In this document: positions 9,073 to 19,650 of the stretch, piece after piece
How positions within the stretch are numbered: the stretch's first letter is position 1
Layout of the letters: each line of letters opens with the position of its first letter
Assembly: GCA_964492195.1 (NCBI GenBank)
Contig: CAZBJL010000001.1
Span: forward strand, 79,082 to 143,081
Reading direction: 5' to 3'
From: an uncultured Candidatus Saccharibacteria bacterium
GTDB lineage: Bacteria > Patescibacteriota > Minisyncoccia > Phycocordibacterales > DATGWK01
DNA length: 64,000 nt
Translations under genes and position numbers: made by a program
Notes under the pieces: model-generated
Databases searched by the model: none
The model's input: the letters and a program-made list of their open reading frames with translations, nothing else
What the model was told of the DNA's origin: nothing

Positions 9073-10299
9073 TCAAGCAACTGAACCTCGAGAGAGCTTA
9101 CTTAAATAGAGGGAAAGATCGAGAACGGGGATGATTTCTTGGGAGCGTGTAGGCATGTGGCGGACGACAACAGTGCCTTCAAGAGCCTCTTTTTGACCCA
9201 TAATGATGACGTACGGAGTCTTCAAATTCTCGGCAGACGCAAGCTGACCGACGAATTTGTTGTCATTTAACTGATGATACACGGGAATTCGGGCTTGGCG
9301 GAGGGATTCGATAACAGAAAGGCTTTTGAGGCGAGCTATTGAGCCAAACTGGATGAAGAAAAATCGCGGTTGCTGTTTCTTTTTGAAGAACAGTTTAGGT
9401 GCTGCTGATGGCTTTTTGAAATTAAGGTTGACACTCATCATCGGTACGTCGCGTTTGAAGCCAACTCGGCGAGCCATGTAGTTGTGTCGAGTTCCGATAG
9501 CGAACGTTTCGTCTGGAATACCTTCTTTTGGTTCGGCATTCTTAATTTCAAAAATAGTGTGTGAACAATAGTGTCGATGACCAACGAGGCCGTTGTTGAT
9601 TCGGTAGGGAATCTCAAGTGTTTCGAGATATTCAAGAACTTCTCGGAAATGTTCGATGCTTTGTTCTGAAAGGAAACTCAAAGACTGCGGTGCGCGGTCG
9701 CGAACCTCTCTCCATTTTTCGTGATCACAGTGGAGAACTTCGAACGGATCTTTTTTGAGCTGTTGGCGAACTTCAGGCGGCATACTACTGCCGTATTTTT
9801 TAGAAAAATTACCAAGTTCCTTTTCAAACTGGAAAATGGAATTTTTGTCGCCAAGGCTGTTGATGTCGACGATGACTTTTTCGTGGCCGTGGTCGGCAAG
9901 GATAGCTACTGCAGTGCGAATTGCGATCGCTTCTGCAACGCTTTCAAACGAACCGATGATGTCGAGTGCGTAATGATGCTCATCTGCGGGGCGTTTGATA
10001 GAAAGTTGTGAGACAGGGCGTTTGTACTGGAGCATTGCAGGCTGTGGATCTGTCGATAGATTCCAAGCGAGCACTGAACGAAGTATAGAAGTTTTTTCTT
10101 CTGGGCGGGGAAAGGCGTTTTTGGTGATGTCTGCTCGAGATGAAACGAAAGAATTTGCAATATCAAAATCTACTTTCTCAATTTTTGGAGTTTTAATCGG
10201 CTGAAAACCATAAAACAAGGCGATCTCCGCAGCTTTGTCTAAATCCTTGAGCACATATGAGGGTTCGCGCACTGACCTTGGTTTTGATTTGGCCGGCAT
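9073..10299 (-). CDS. divergent histidyl-tRNA synthetase-like protein
   Basis: YGFQPIKTP motif 1, DINSLG, HF..V..YL..L.IPY, C-terminal anticodon-binding domain; motifs 2 and 3 degenerate. Confidence 0.75.
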   Translation of the reverse strand: MPAKSKPRSVREPSYVLKDLDKAAEIALFYGFQPIKTPKIEKVDFDIANSFVSSRADITKNAFPRPEEKTSILRSVLAWNLSTDPQPAMLQYKRPVSQLSIKRPADEHHYALDIIGSFESVAEAIAIRTAVAILADHGHEKVIVDINSLGDKNSIFQFEKELGNFSKKYGSSMPPEVRQQLKKDPFEVLHCDHEKWREVRDRAPQSLSFLSEQSIEHFREVLEYLETLEIPYRINNGLVGHRHYCSHTIFEIKNAEPKEGIPDETFAIGTRHNYMARRVGFKRDVPMMSVNLNFKKPSAAPKLFFKKKQQPRFFFIQFGSIARLKSLSVIESLRQARIPVYHQLNDNKFVGQLASAENLKTPYVIIMGQKEALEGTVVVRHMPTRSQEIIPVLDLSLYLSKLSRGSVA

Positions 10300-10323
10300 G
10301 GTTGTCGCGTTTAGTCTTTTAAA

Positions 10324-10920
10324 TTATTTACTGAAATCTCCTGGTAAAAAATGAAAACTTGCGGCTGGTAAAAGTCTGAACAACGGACGCCCGACGATGA
10401 GGTCGGCGGGTACAGGTCCCCACGACCTCGAATCGAGGCTGCCGAGGCGATTGTCGCCAAGAACAAAATATTCCTTTTCTCCAAGCGGCTCGCTTTTGAA
10501 ATCCTCGAGCTTTTTATTTCCGTCCGCGATGAATGGTTCGTTGAGTGTAGTAGTTCCACCGTCCTTTGAGAGGACTGTAACGATTCCGTTTTTAATTTCT
10601 ATTGTTTCTCCAGGTAAACCGATGACTCGCTTGATGAAAAATTTAGTTTTATCTTTTGGATATTTGAAAATAATGACAGAATCACGTTTTGGTTCTTCAA
10701 AACGCTGACTTAATTGGTCGACAATTAAATATTGACCGTCTGCAAAGGTTGGATCCATCGATGCGCCTGAAACAATGAAGGGTTGCGCGATGTAGAGGCG
10801 GAACGGAATGACGATAATGAGGGTAATGAACGTAAACTTGATGATTTCTTTCCAGAAACCGCCGCGGGGAGATACAGGAGCAGATTCTTTTACTTCAGTA
10901 TCATGAGAACTTTCATTCAT
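10324..10920 (-). CDS. lepB: signal peptidase I
   Basis: SGASMDPT catalytic Ser, IKRVIGLPGE catalytic Lys, GDNR..S.DSR; start at MNESS (TAGAAT 7 nt upstream). Confidence 0.95.
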   Translation of the reverse strand: MNESSHDTEVKESAPVSPRGGFWKEIIKFTFITLIIVIPFRLYIAQPFIVSGASMDPTFADGQYLIVDQLSQRFEEPKRDSVIIFKYPKDKTKFFIKRVIGLPGETIEIKNGIVTVLSKDGGTTTLNEPFIADGNKKLEDFKSEPLGEKEYFVLGDNRLGSLDSRSWGPVPADLIVGRPLFRLLPAASFHFLPGDFSK

Positions 10921-11018
10921 GCTTGCCATTCTAGTACGTTTGAGCGTTTGACACAAGACTTTTTGATATGTTTTGGTGGCCGTAAACTCGTTTTTATTCT
11001 CTGTGTTACAATTTTGCC

Positions 11019-11615
11019 ATGTATGTAATCGTCGGTCTCGGAAATCCGGGAAATGAATACGAAAATACGCGTCACAATGTGGGCCGAATGCTCGTTCGGG
11101 ATTTTTTCACTGCGCACAAACTGCCTGAATTTGTTTTTGATAAAAAATCGAACGCACTTGTGAGCGAAGGAAAGCTAGGAAATCAGAAAATTGTCGCACT
11201 GTTGCCAGAAACGTTCATGAACAAGTCGGGAGACTCTGTAAAAAAGTTTGTAAAGAGCAAAAAAGCTGCAGAAATGCTCGTTGTTGTGCACGATGAGCTC
11301 GATCTTCCGCTTGGTCGCGCTAAAATTTCATTTAATAAAAGTTCAGGAGGTCATCGTGGCGTGGAATCTGTAAAGAAAGCTGTTGGTACAGAAGCGTTCG
11401 TACGTATAAGGATTGGAATTTCTCCTTCAACCGCGGGAGGTAAACTCAAAAAACCAACAGGCGAAGAAATGGTGAATAATTTTATTCTTGGAAAACTTTC
11501 AAAAAAAGACGAAGATGCACTCGCAAAAATGTCTAAAAGTTTTAAAGAATCACTTGAACTGCTTATAAAAGAGGGAAAAGACGCGGCAATGAACGAGTGG
11601 AATGGGAAACTGTAG
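11019..11615 (+). CDS. pth: peptidyl-tRNA hydrolase
   Basis: VGLGNPG..Y..TRHNVG, FMNKSG, HDELDLP, GGHRG. Confidence 0.97.
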   Translation: MYVIVGLGNPGNEYENTRHNVGRMLVRDFFTAHKLPEFVFDKKSNALVSEGKLGNQKIVALLPETFMNKSGDSVKKFVKSKKAAEMLVVVHDELDLPLGRAKISFNKSSGGHRGVESVKKAVGTEAFVRIRIGISPSTAGGKLKKPTGEEMVNNFILGKLSKKDEDALAKMSKSFKESLELLIKEGKDAAMNEWNGKL

Positions 11616-11642
11616 AAGATACATTTCTCCGCACCCTTGCTA

Positions 11643-11670
11643 TTGACAAAAATGTGTGTTTTGGTACAAT
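11643..11670 (+). promoter_or_regulatory. sigma70-type promoter
   Basis: TTGACA-16 nt-TACAAT with TG extension. Confidence 0.7.
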
Positions 11671-11745
11671 ATTTCGAGAATTACAGGGGCTGGGTGTTCC
11701 AGTTCTCTACGCGCACATTGGCATTTTGATCAAGGAGGATAGGCC

Positions 11746-12090
11746 ATGAAGAGTTGGTTCAAAAATCACACGGAGCTTCTTGTGGGGATACTCGTCGGCT
11801 TGCTGTTCGTCAGTCTGGCAATTGTTTCCGGCCCCTTCGCCGTCTTTATGATGGTGATGCGATCCAGCAAGGGTCATCCGGCGACTCCGACGGTGTGCAC
11901 GTTCAGTGCAATCTTGTGGCTCTTCGCTGTCGGTCTCGCGTGTGGTCTTTATCGAGACCCGATCTTCGGCTGGCCATACCTAACCGCTCTGTTGGTTTGG
12001 AGCGTGTCGGTGGTTCTTACGCTCGCTGTCTCATTGTTCGATGCCTATGAGTATTCAGCGAACAAGTTCAACGCCGACTTTGGCAACTGA
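11746..12090 (+). CDS. orphan membrane protein, stand-alone cassette
   Basis: 114 aa, about 3 TM helices; SD AAGGAGG; own promoter and terminator. Confidence 0.7.
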   Translation: MKSWFKNHTELLVGILVGLLFVSLAIVSGPFAVFMMVMRSSKGHPATPTVCTFSAILWLFAVGLACGLYRDPIFGWPYLTALLVWSVSVVLTLAVSLFDAYEYSANKFNADFGN

Positions 12091-12110
12091 CTTCGTGATC
12101 TGTGTAACAC

Positions 12111-12140
12111 AAAACCCCAGCTGGGATAGCTGGGGTTTTT
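12111..12140. terminator. bidirectional intrinsic terminator
   Basis: AAAACCCCAGCT-GGGAT-AGCTGGGGTTTTT between convergent genes. Confidence 0.75.
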
Positions 12141-12166
12141 CTTTTTGTGTGAGGATGGGTGAAAAC

Positions 12167-13324
12167 TTACTTCGCCTCCACAAATGACAACGTCATTCTC
12201 TGGTCTTTTGGTTCAAAGAGAGTGATTTTGAATGAGTAACTCTTTCCAAGAGAAAGTTTTTCACGCATTTTTGCTTCACTGCCGAATTCAGAGATGTGAA
12301 CAAGGCCAGACACACCTTCTTCTATTGAGGCCAATGCACCATGCTTGTTGAATTTGATGATAACAGCCTGAACCATTTCATCTTTCTTGAATTTCTTTTC
12401 AGCTTCGATCCATGGATTTGGTCGGAGTGCTTTGATAGAAAGAGAAATCTTTCCATCTTTTATTTCGATAACCTTTGCTCGAACCTTATCGCCAACCTTG
12501 AACATTGCTTTGATGTTGTCGACGAGACCCCAATCAACTTCAGAGATGTGCACGAGACCTTCGAGACCTTCTTCGAGTTTAATGAAGAGACCAAAATCAA
12601 CGATACCTGTAACTTCGCCTTCAGTTTCATCACCGACTTCATATTTGTCGATAATTTTTTCTTTATTTTTGAGTTCGGGATTCTTTTCAGAGAAAATCAA
12701 CTTTCCATCCTTTGGAATTGCACCAATGATAGATACAGTAATTTTTTCACCGATAAGCTTTTTGAGTTCTTCGAGGATTCTGTCTTTGTCGCCATCTGCA
12801 ACGCGAGGGTAGTGAGACGTGTTGAGTTGTGAAGCGGGGAGAAAGCCGACGATACCTTGCCAGCTCATGATAAGACCGCCTTTGTTTGCATCCTGAACTG
12901 GAAGTTCAAATACGTTTTTGTTTTTGATTGCTTCTTCAGCTTCGCTCCAAATGATTGCTTGTCGAGCTTCTTTAAGAGAGATTTCGATGTAGCCGTTTTC
13001 ATTGTCGAGAGAAACGACTTTACCGGCGATCGCGTCACCTGGATTTACTTTCTTGATGATGTCGCGAGCATTGATGTATTCGCGACCGTAAATGATACCT
13101 GTTCCAAATGGTGGCAAATCGACAAATACGGATGCTTTGTCGAGACCGATAACGGTACCTTCAATAACGTCACCAACTGATGGTGGGTTTTGGGTTTCAG
13201 CAAAAAGCTTCCCCATAGGGGTTTCTTTTTTGAGTCGAGCTGCGGCTTCGAGTTCCGTTTCTTCTGCTTGTACTGCTGCACCTTCTGCTTCCTTTTTTGA
13301 AACTTTCTTTGTTTTTGTTGTCAT
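12167..13324 (-). CDS. rpsA: 30S ribosomal protein S1
   Basis: Four S1 repeats (GFLPASQL, EGLVHISE, SGLVHISE); start at MTTK. Confidence 0.9.
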   Translation of the reverse strand: MTTKTKKVSKKEAEGAAVQAEETELEAAARLKKETPMGKLFAETQNPPSVGDVIEGTVIGLDKASVFVDLPPFGTGIIYGREYINARDIIKKVNPGDAIAGKVVSLDNENGYIEISLKEARQAIIWSEAEEAIKNKNVFELPVQDANKGGLIMSWQGIVGFLPASQLNTSHYPRVADGDKDRILEELKKLIGEKITVSIIGAIPKDGKLIFSEKNPELKNKEKIIDKYEVGDETEGEVTGIVDFGLFIKLEEGLEGLVHISEVDWGLVDNIKAMFKVGDKVRAKVIEIKDGKISLSIKALRPNPWIEAEKKFKKDEMVQAVIIKFNKHGALASIEEGVSGLVHISEFGSEAKMREKLSLGKSYSFKITLFEPKDQRMTLSFVEAK

Positions 13325-13526
13325 GTGAAATTGTGCAAAGGAAGTATTGAGATGTTCGGGCGTATCGGAGTTACATCGCAAGGTTAGCTTCCGTTTGCGC
13401 TAATAATTTCTACCTACAAACGTTGTGACATTATATTGATATTTTTGGATTTGTAAAGCGGGCTGTTACGGATAAGTACCTATAAAAATCGTGAATTTAA
13501 AAACGCCTATGCTATAATGTGCCATT

Positions 13527-14165
13527 ATGGTTATTTCATACCTCGGCGGACAATCTTTTAAACTGCAATTCGGTGACATTGTTATTGCGTATAATCCAAT
13601 TTCCAAAAATTCAAAGCTCAAGTCAACAAGTTATGGTTCGGATATTGCGCTTGTAAGTGTCGACCATCCTGACATGAACGGTGTCGAGAACGCATCTCGC
13701 GGTGAAAAGTTGCCCTTCATTATAAAAGGACCAGGCGAATACGAAATCACAGGCGTTTTCATCCACGGTTTTCCAAGTAAATCAAAATACGACGGCAAGG
13801 AGCGAATCAATACGATTTACAACGTATCGCTCGAAAATATGAATCTCTGTTTCTTGGGTGCACTTAGTTCAACTGAACTTTCAAACGATGTGCTTGGAGA
13901 GTTGGAAGAAATCGACGTTCTTTTCGTGCCCATCGACGGGGAAGACGTCCTTTCTCCCGCCGAAGCCTACAAACTTGCCGTTTCTCTTGAACCAAAACTG
14001 ATTGTGCCGATGTACTCAACTACCGATGGCAAAAGCAAAGCGCTTGAAACATTCCTTAAAGAAGCTGGTGAAAACGCTCCAGAAAAACATGATAAACTAA
14101 CTATTAAGAAGAAAGATTTGGAAGGGAAGCAGGCGGAGCTCGTCGTTATCAATCCTTCACTGTAG
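13527..14165 (+). CDS. MBL-fold (Lactamase_B_3-like) protein with degenerate metal site
   Basis: I..PGEYEI.GV, DVLFVPI, LEPK.IVPM; the HxHxDH site reads VDHPDM. Confidence 0.75.
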   Translation: MVISYLGGQSFKLQFGDIVIAYNPISKNSKLKSTSYGSDIALVSVDHPDMNGVENASRGEKLPFIIKGPGEYEITGVFIHGFPSKSKYDGKERINTIYNVSLENMNLCFLGALSSTELSNDVLGELEEIDVLFVPIDGEDVLSPAEAYKLAVSLEPKLIVPMYSTTDGKSKALETFLKEAGENAPEKHDKLTIKKKDLEGKQAELVVINPSL

Positions 14166-14174
14166 TGTATTCAT

Positions 14175-14564
14175 ATGTCACTCATCGAAAATCTACGCGG
14201 AAAATCTGAAAATTATAAGCGAGGCGTCGCATTTGGTGTTTCGCTTTTTGTAACCCTCGCAATTTTCGGTGTCTGGGTCACGGTTCTTTTCCCTGGCACA
14301 ATTTCAAACCGAACGATCGTGGCACAAAGAGCAAAACCCGAACAACCCGTCGCTACATTTAGTAGAAACGTGGCGTCAGCTCTTTCGGCGGTCAAATTTC
14401 AATTTGCATCGGTTTTTCATTATTTCAAAGACATGAAAGTTGATACAAATAATGAAATAATCATTGTTTCTCCGGAAGAAAGTGAGGCACGTGCGCGTGA
14501 GTCGCAGCAGACAACAAAAACCGATTATCCGGCTACAAACAAAGGTAGTTCTGTGGTATACTAG
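14175..14564 (+). CDS. single-pass membrane hypothetical protein
   Basis: 129 aa with an N-terminal TM helix. Confidence 0.7.
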   Translation: MSLIENLRGKSENYKRGVAFGVSLFVTLAIFGVWVTVLFPGTISNRTIVAQRAKPEQPVATFSRNVASALSAVKFQFASVFHYFKDMKVDTNNEIIIVSPEESEARARESQQTTKTDYPATNKGSSVVY

Positions 14565-14570
14565 CAACAC

Positions 14571-17054
14571 ATGAGCGACAAACAGTCGAAAAAACCCAAA
14601 GGTTCTGATGGTGACTCTATACCTTCACCTTTTTCTGCAAACGTTGTAGATCGAAGCATTACGACCGAAATGAAAGAGTCGTATTTGGACTATGCCATGT
14701 CCGTTATTACGGCGCGCGCATTGCCCGATGTTCGTGACGGTTTAAAGCCTGTGCATCGTCGTATTCTCTACGCCATGTTGGAAAAGGGTTTGACGTCTTC
14801 GGCAAAATTCCGCAAATCTGCGGTCGTTGTTGGAGACGTGCTCGGAAATTATCATCCACACGGCGACGTCGCAGTGTACGACTCAATGGTTCAGATGGCC
14901 CAGGATTTCAAAATGCGTTATCCGCTCATTTTGGGACAAGGTAATTTTGGAAACATTGACGGCGACCCAGCTGCTGCGATGCGTTACACCGAGGCAAAAA
15001 TGTCTCGACTTTCGAGTGAGCTTCTTCGTGACCTTGAAAAGGAAACTGTCCTCTGGCGCCCCAACTACGACAATACAAAAAAGGAACCCACCGTTTTGCC
15101 CGCTGCAACCCCAAACCTTCTATTAAACGGAACGCTTGGTATTGCCGTTGGTATGGCCTCAAACATTCCTCCGCACAATCTGGGCGAAGTGAGCCAGGCA
15201 CTTATTCATTTGGTGGATAATCCAAATGCAACAACCGAAGAACTTATGGAATTCATCCAAGGGCCGGATTTCCCAACAGGCGGTATCGCTTTTAGTCGAA
15301 AAGATATTCATCATGCGTCGGCGACGGGTCGTGGAGGTGTTGTTGTTCGCGGTGTTGCCGAGATCGTCGAAACAAAAGCTGGTGTAAATCAGATTGTTAT
15401 TTCTGCTGTCCCATACCGCGTCAATAAATCCGATTTGATTATAAAAATTGCCGATCTTGTTCGAGAGAAAAAACTCGAAGGTATCAAAGGTCTCCGAGAT
15501 GAATCCACAAAAGATATCCGCATTGTCATCGATCTCAAGGGTGGCGGTCATCCACAAAAAGTTTTGAACGCTCTTTTTAAACATACACAGCTCGAAGAAA
15601 CATTTCATTACAACTTAGTCGCGCTTGTTGACGGTGTGCCGCAAACTCTTTCTCTCAAGAGCATGCTTTCCGAGTTTATCGGTCATCGCAAAATCGTCAT
15701 TCGTCGTCGAACAGAGTACGACCTCAAAAAGGCCCTCGAGCGCGAACATATTTTGCTCGGCCTCACGAAGGCTCTCGACCATATCGACGAAATCATCAAG
15801 CTCATTAAGGCGTCAAAAGACACTGCCGAAGCGCACGTGAACCTCATGAAGAAGTTCAAGTTTAGCGACTTGCAGGCGACAGCTATTTTGGAAATGCGTC
15901 TTCAGAAACTCGCTGGTCTCGAACGCAAAAAACTCGAAGACGAACTTAAGGCAGTTCAAATTTTCATCAAACGATGCAGAGAGATTCTTGCAAGCGAAAA
16001 AATCATCGTCGACATTATTAAATCTGAAACAAAAGAAATTGCTGAAAAATATGGCGATCCTCGTCGAACGTTGATCATGAAGCAAGGCGCAAAAATTCTT
16101 TCTGTCGAAGATCTTGTTCCAGATGAAGAAAACGCTCTCGTTCTTACAGCTGGCGGATACGTAAAACGCACAAAGCCTGAAGAATTCAGAAAACAAAAAC
16201 GTGGTGGTGTCGGCGTCGTTGATCTTGAAACAAAAGAAGAAGATTTTGTCACACACCTTCTCGTGGGTAACACGCACAGTGACGTTTTGTTCTTTACGGA
16301 CAAAGGAAAGGTGTACCAGATAAAAATGTACGATCTTCCTGAAGGCAAGCGTGCAACTCGCGGAAAATCTTTGGTGAACTTTGTTGCACTTGGTGCAGAT
16401 GAAAAAGTAACTTCTGTTTTGGTGATGCCAAAAGAAATGAAAGGAGCAGAATTGTCTCTCCTTATGGTTACCAAAAACGGTGTTGGTAAAAGAGTGAAGG
16501 CCTCGAGCTTCAACGACGTTCGTCGCAGTGGCCTCATTGCTATCAAACTCCAAGCAGGGGACGAACTTGTATCCGCTTCGTTTATTGCAAAGGACGACAC
16601 GTCCATTCTTGTAACCGCAAAAGGTCAGTCAATTCGTTTTAAAGAATCAGACATCCGTGAAATGGGACGTGGTGCCGGCGGTGTGCGAGCAATTCGTCTT
16701 GGAAAGGGTGACAGCATTGTTGGGGCACAAGTGATTTCTAAAGCCGACAAAGCGCCGTCTCTTCTTATTATCAGTAGTAACGGTTACGGCAAACGAACTG
16801 AAATCGAAGAATATAAAATTCAAAACCGCGGCGGTTCTGGTATCAAAACATCAAAAGTTACTCCAAAGACAGGTGACATTATTTCCGCTCTCATTGTGAC
16901 CGAAGAAACCGAAGAACTCGTCGCTATTTCTCAAAAAAGTCAGGTCATTCGCACCGATGTAAAAGAAATTCCATTACTTGGTCGTTCTACGCAAGGTGTC
17001 AGAATCATGAAACTCCGAGAAAAAGATCAGATCGCAAGTTTGATTTGTTTGTGA
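14571..17054 (+). CDS. gyrA: DNA gyrase subunit A
   Basis: [30 protein letters not shown], GyrA-box QKRGGVG, beta-pinwheel repeats. Confidence 0.98.
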   Translation: MSDKQSKKPKGSDGDSIPSPFSANVVDRSITTEMKESYLDYAMSVITARALPDVRDGLKPVHRRILYAMLEKGLTSSAKFRKSAVVVGDVLGNYHPHGDVAVYDSMVQMAQDFKMRYPLILGQGNFGNIDGDPAAAMRYTEAKMSRLSSELLRDLEKETVLWRPNYDNTKKEPTVLPAATPNLLLNGTLGIAVGMASNIPPHNLGEVSQALIHLVDNPNATTEELMEFIQGPDFPTGGIAFSRKDIHHASATGRGGVVVRGVAEIVETKAGVNQIVISAVPYRVNKSDLIIKIADLVREKKLEGIKGLRDESTKDIRIVIDLKGGGHPQKVLNALFKHTQLEETFHYNLVALVDGVPQTLSLKSMLSEFIGHRKIVIRRRTEYDLKKALEREHILLGLTKALDHIDEIIKLIKASKDTAEAHVNLMKKFKFSDLQATAILEMRLQKLAGLERKKLEDELKAVQIFIKRCREILASEKIIVDIIKSETKEIAEKYGDPRRTLIMKQGAKILSVEDLVPDEENALVLTAGGYVKRTKPEEFRKQKRGGVGVVDLETKEEDFVTHLLVGNTHSDVLFFTDKGKVYQIKMYDLPEGKRATRGKSLVNFVALGADEKVTSVLVMPKEMKGAELSLLMVTKNGVGKRVKASSFNDVRRSGLIAIKLQAGDELVSASFIAKDDTSILVTAKGQSIRFKESDIREMGRGAGGVRAIRLGKGDSIVGAQVISKADKAPSLLIISSNGYGKRTEIEEYKIQNRGGSGIKTSKVTPKTGDIISALIVTEETEELVAISQKSQVIRTDVKEIPLLGRSTQGVRIMKLREKDQIASLICL

Positions 17055-17063
17055 GTAAGTTTC

Positions 17064-17154
17064 ACCCACCCCTCCAGGAGAGCGCATAAATTCTACTGAA
17101 TTTTGCTCCTCTCGGTCGCCTTCGCGACCTGCGAACTCTCCTGTTAGGGTGGGT
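17064..17154. repeat. structured intergenic repeat, copy A
   Basis: ACCCACCC/GGGTGGGT and CAGGAGAG/CTCTCCTG stems around core GCA(T)AAATTC-TACT-GAATTTTGC-TCCTCTCG-hairpin-CTGCG. Confidence 0.75.
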
Positions 17155-17239
17155 TTGGTAAGATAATTCAATTCAATTCCAAATAAAAAACCGGACGTTG
17201 GTACAGAGTGAATCTCACTGTACCGGCGCCGGTTGTTTT

Positions 17240-17683
17240 TTACGTTGTCACAGACGGAGCTTCAAAAGTGGTGCCGCATTCGGGGCACACATGGTCCTCA
17301 AGTCCCGCCAGGCTATAGTCGCATTTCATGCAGAAGCGGCCCTGTCTCTTGTAATACTCCCATTTTGCATCCCTCCATCGTCCTCGTGAGTGCAATAGTG
17401 CGAGACCAATGATCGTGATTACTCCAAAAACTGTCATACCTACTGGCCAGGAACGTAATGCGGGAACTGGAGATACGAAGAGGGCCACTATGAGTGAGAA
17501 TATGGTGAGTATTCCCAACCAAAAAGTGATTTGGATATGCAAACGGATCACTTGTAAATCATTTTTGTACACTTTGAACACCGCACTATATAGAAATATC
17601 ATGAATAGTAACCACGAAAGAAAGAAGTAGGGAGGTAAAATGAGAGTGTAAGTCACCAGACGGGTGGTAAGACTTGGAAACAT
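17240..17683 (-). CDS. membrane protein with C-terminal zinc ribbon, stand-alone cassette
   Basis: Three TM helices then CMKCDYSLAGLEDHVCPECG; SD AGGAG; TTGACA-16-TATTTT at 17732-17759. Confidence 0.75.
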   Translation of the reverse strand: MFPSLTTRLVTYTLILPPYFFLSWLLFMIFLYSAVFKVYKNDLQVIRLHIQITFWLGILTIFSLIVALFVSPVPALRSWPVGMTVFGVITIIGLALLHSRGRWRDAKWEYYKRQGRFCMKCDYSLAGLEDHVCPECGTTFEAPSVTT

Positions 17684-17810
17684 ATGTCGTTCTCCTGTGA
17701 TCTGTGAATTGTATATTACGGTTCCAGCAATAAAATAACACGTTGAGTGATTTTGTCAAATAATGAGTGGAATGAAAATTTATTGAAAAAACTCATGATA
17801 AAATAAATGA

Positions 17811-18338
17811 ATGTTCTCTGACCCTAAAAAGAATCTCGAGCAGTTTGACATCGCTCCCGCCCAAAAAGTTGCTGACTTCGGCTCTGGTGCCGGCTACTAC
17901 ACATTTCTCACTGCAAAGCGTGTTGGCCAAACAGGTCGTGTGTACGCGATCGACATCAACAAAGACCTCCTCGTTACGCTCAAACGCGAAGCCGACAAAG
18001 CCCATCTTTTTAATATCGACATTGTGCTTGCAGATTTTGAACTTTCTGGTGGCACCAAACTAAAAGAAAAAGTTATCGAACGTGGTCTTGTGACGAATGT
18101 GCTGTTCCAAGTTCCAAATAAAAAAGGTTTTGTAAAAGAAATTGCTCGAGTGCTTCGTCCAGATGCAAAAGTGCTTGTTATTGATTGGACAGATTCGTTT
18201 GGTGGCATCGGTCCGAAGCCAGAAGATGTATTTTCAAAAGAAAAATGTCGAGCACTTTTTGAGGAACATGGCTTTGCGTTCGAAAAAGAAATTTCCGCAG
18301 GTGTACATCACTATGGGTTTGTGTTTAAAAGAGTGTAG
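17811..18338 (+). CDS. class I SAM-dependent methyltransferase
   Basis: VADFGSGAG, VYAIDI, RVLRP...VIDW. Confidence 0.88.
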   Translation: MFSDPKKNLEQFDIAPAQKVADFGSGAGYYTFLTAKRVGQTGRVYAIDINKDLLVTLKREADKAHLFNIDIVLADFELSGGTKLKEKVIERGLVTNVLFQVPNKKGFVKEIARVLRPDAKVLVIDWTDSFGGIGPKPEDVFSKEKCRALFEEHGFAFEKEISAGVHHYGFVFKRV

Positions 18339-18348
18339 AATATAAACA

Positions 18349-19650
18349 ATGAAGGGGATGAGTAAATTTCAATTGATCCTCACCGGAATTTTCGGTGCAT
18401 TTATTCTTATTGGCGTATTGGTCTTTGCGTTTGCGGGAGGTTCTGGTTCGAACACAGTGGTAAGTCAGGCAACAGTCTGGGGTACGATGAGCAGCGGCCT
18501 TTTCGATACATTTTTGAAAGAGTCTGGACTCAACCAAGACAAAACCATTGCGATTACCTATGTCGAAAAAAACAAAGATACATTTGACCAAGATTTTGTC
18601 GAAGCACTCGCTGTTGGCAAAGGTCCCGATCTTTTCTTCCTGCCACAAGACAGCATTTTAAAACATCAAGACAAAATTTTTACAATTCCCTTTGCCTCAT
18701 ATTCAGAAGGAACGTTTAAACAAAACTTCATTCAGGAAGGAGAGTTGTATCTCAACAAAGAAGGTATTCTCGGTTTGCCGTTTATGGTTGACCCGATGGT
18801 TATGTATTGGAATCGAGACATCTTTTCGAATGCCGGTTTGAGTCTCACACCGAAATATTGGAGCGAGCTCTATGACCTTTCAACGAGACTTACAGTCAAA
18901 GATACAAGTTTCAATGTAAGCAAAAGTGCAGTGGCGATCGGTGAGCATGCAAACGTTACGAACGCCAATGAAATCGTAAGTCTTTTGGTGATGCAAGCAG
19001 GGAGTCCGATTACACAGCGGAATAAAATTGATGGAAATGTAAATAGTGTTTTCAATCAGCGTTTCAATTTGCCAATTCCGCCAGCACAGTCGGCACTTAA
19101 TTTTTATACTGAATTTTCAAATCCGCTCAAACCATTTTATTCTTGGAATCGATCGATTCCAGAATCAAAAAATTTCTTTCTTGCAGGTGACCTTGCGCTT
19201 TACTTTGGTTTTGCATCAGAACTTTCAGATATTCGCCTCAAGAATCCTAATTTAAATTTTGACATCGCATCGATTCCGCAATCAAAAAATTCAAATCTTA
19301 CAATTACGTTCGGCCGAATGGTCGGTCTTGCTATTCCAAAAAATTCTAAAAACATTGCCGCGGCGTTTAAAGTTGCTGCCTCACTTACGAGCCCAACGAG
19401 CATCACTGCACTTTCAAAAGTAACCCATTTGCCGCCAGTTCGAAGAGATTTACTCGCGATTCGTCCGTCAGAAGCCTATCTTTCAACATTTTACGATGGG
19501 GCGATTCAGTCGCGCGCCTGGCTTTCTCCTGAACCATCAAGTCTCAACCCAATTTTTAAAGAAATGATTGAATCTGTAACGGCAGGCCGAGCAAGCACAG
19601 CCGAAGCGCTTACTCGTGCAAGCCAGCAACTTGAAACATTACTCCGATGA
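18349..19650 (+). CDS. extracellular solute-binding protein (sugar ABC SBP-like)
   Basis: N-terminal TM anchor, GKGPDLF, GLPF.VD...MYWNRD.F, F..G..A.Y.G. Confidence 0.85.
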   Translation: MKGMSKFQLILTGIFGAFILIGVLVFAFAGGSGSNTVVSQATVWGTMSSGLFDTFLKESGLNQDKTIAITYVEKNKDTFDQDFVEALAVGKGPDLFFLPQDSILKHQDKIFTIPFASYSEGTFKQNFIQEGELYLNKEGILGLPFMVDPMVMYWNRDIFSNAGLSLTPKYWSELYDLSTRLTVKDTSFNVSKSAVAIGEHANVTNANEIVSLLVMQAGSPITQRNKIDGNVNSVFNQRFNLPIPPAQSALNFYTEFSNPLKPFYSWNRSIPESKNFFLAGDLALYFGFASELSDIRLKNPNLNFDIASIPQSKNSNLTITFGRMVGLAIPKNSKNIAAAFKVAASLTSPTSITALSKVTHLPPVRRDLLAIRPSEAYLSTFYDGAIQSRAWLSPEPSSLNPIFKEMIESVTAGRASTAEALTRASQQLETLLR

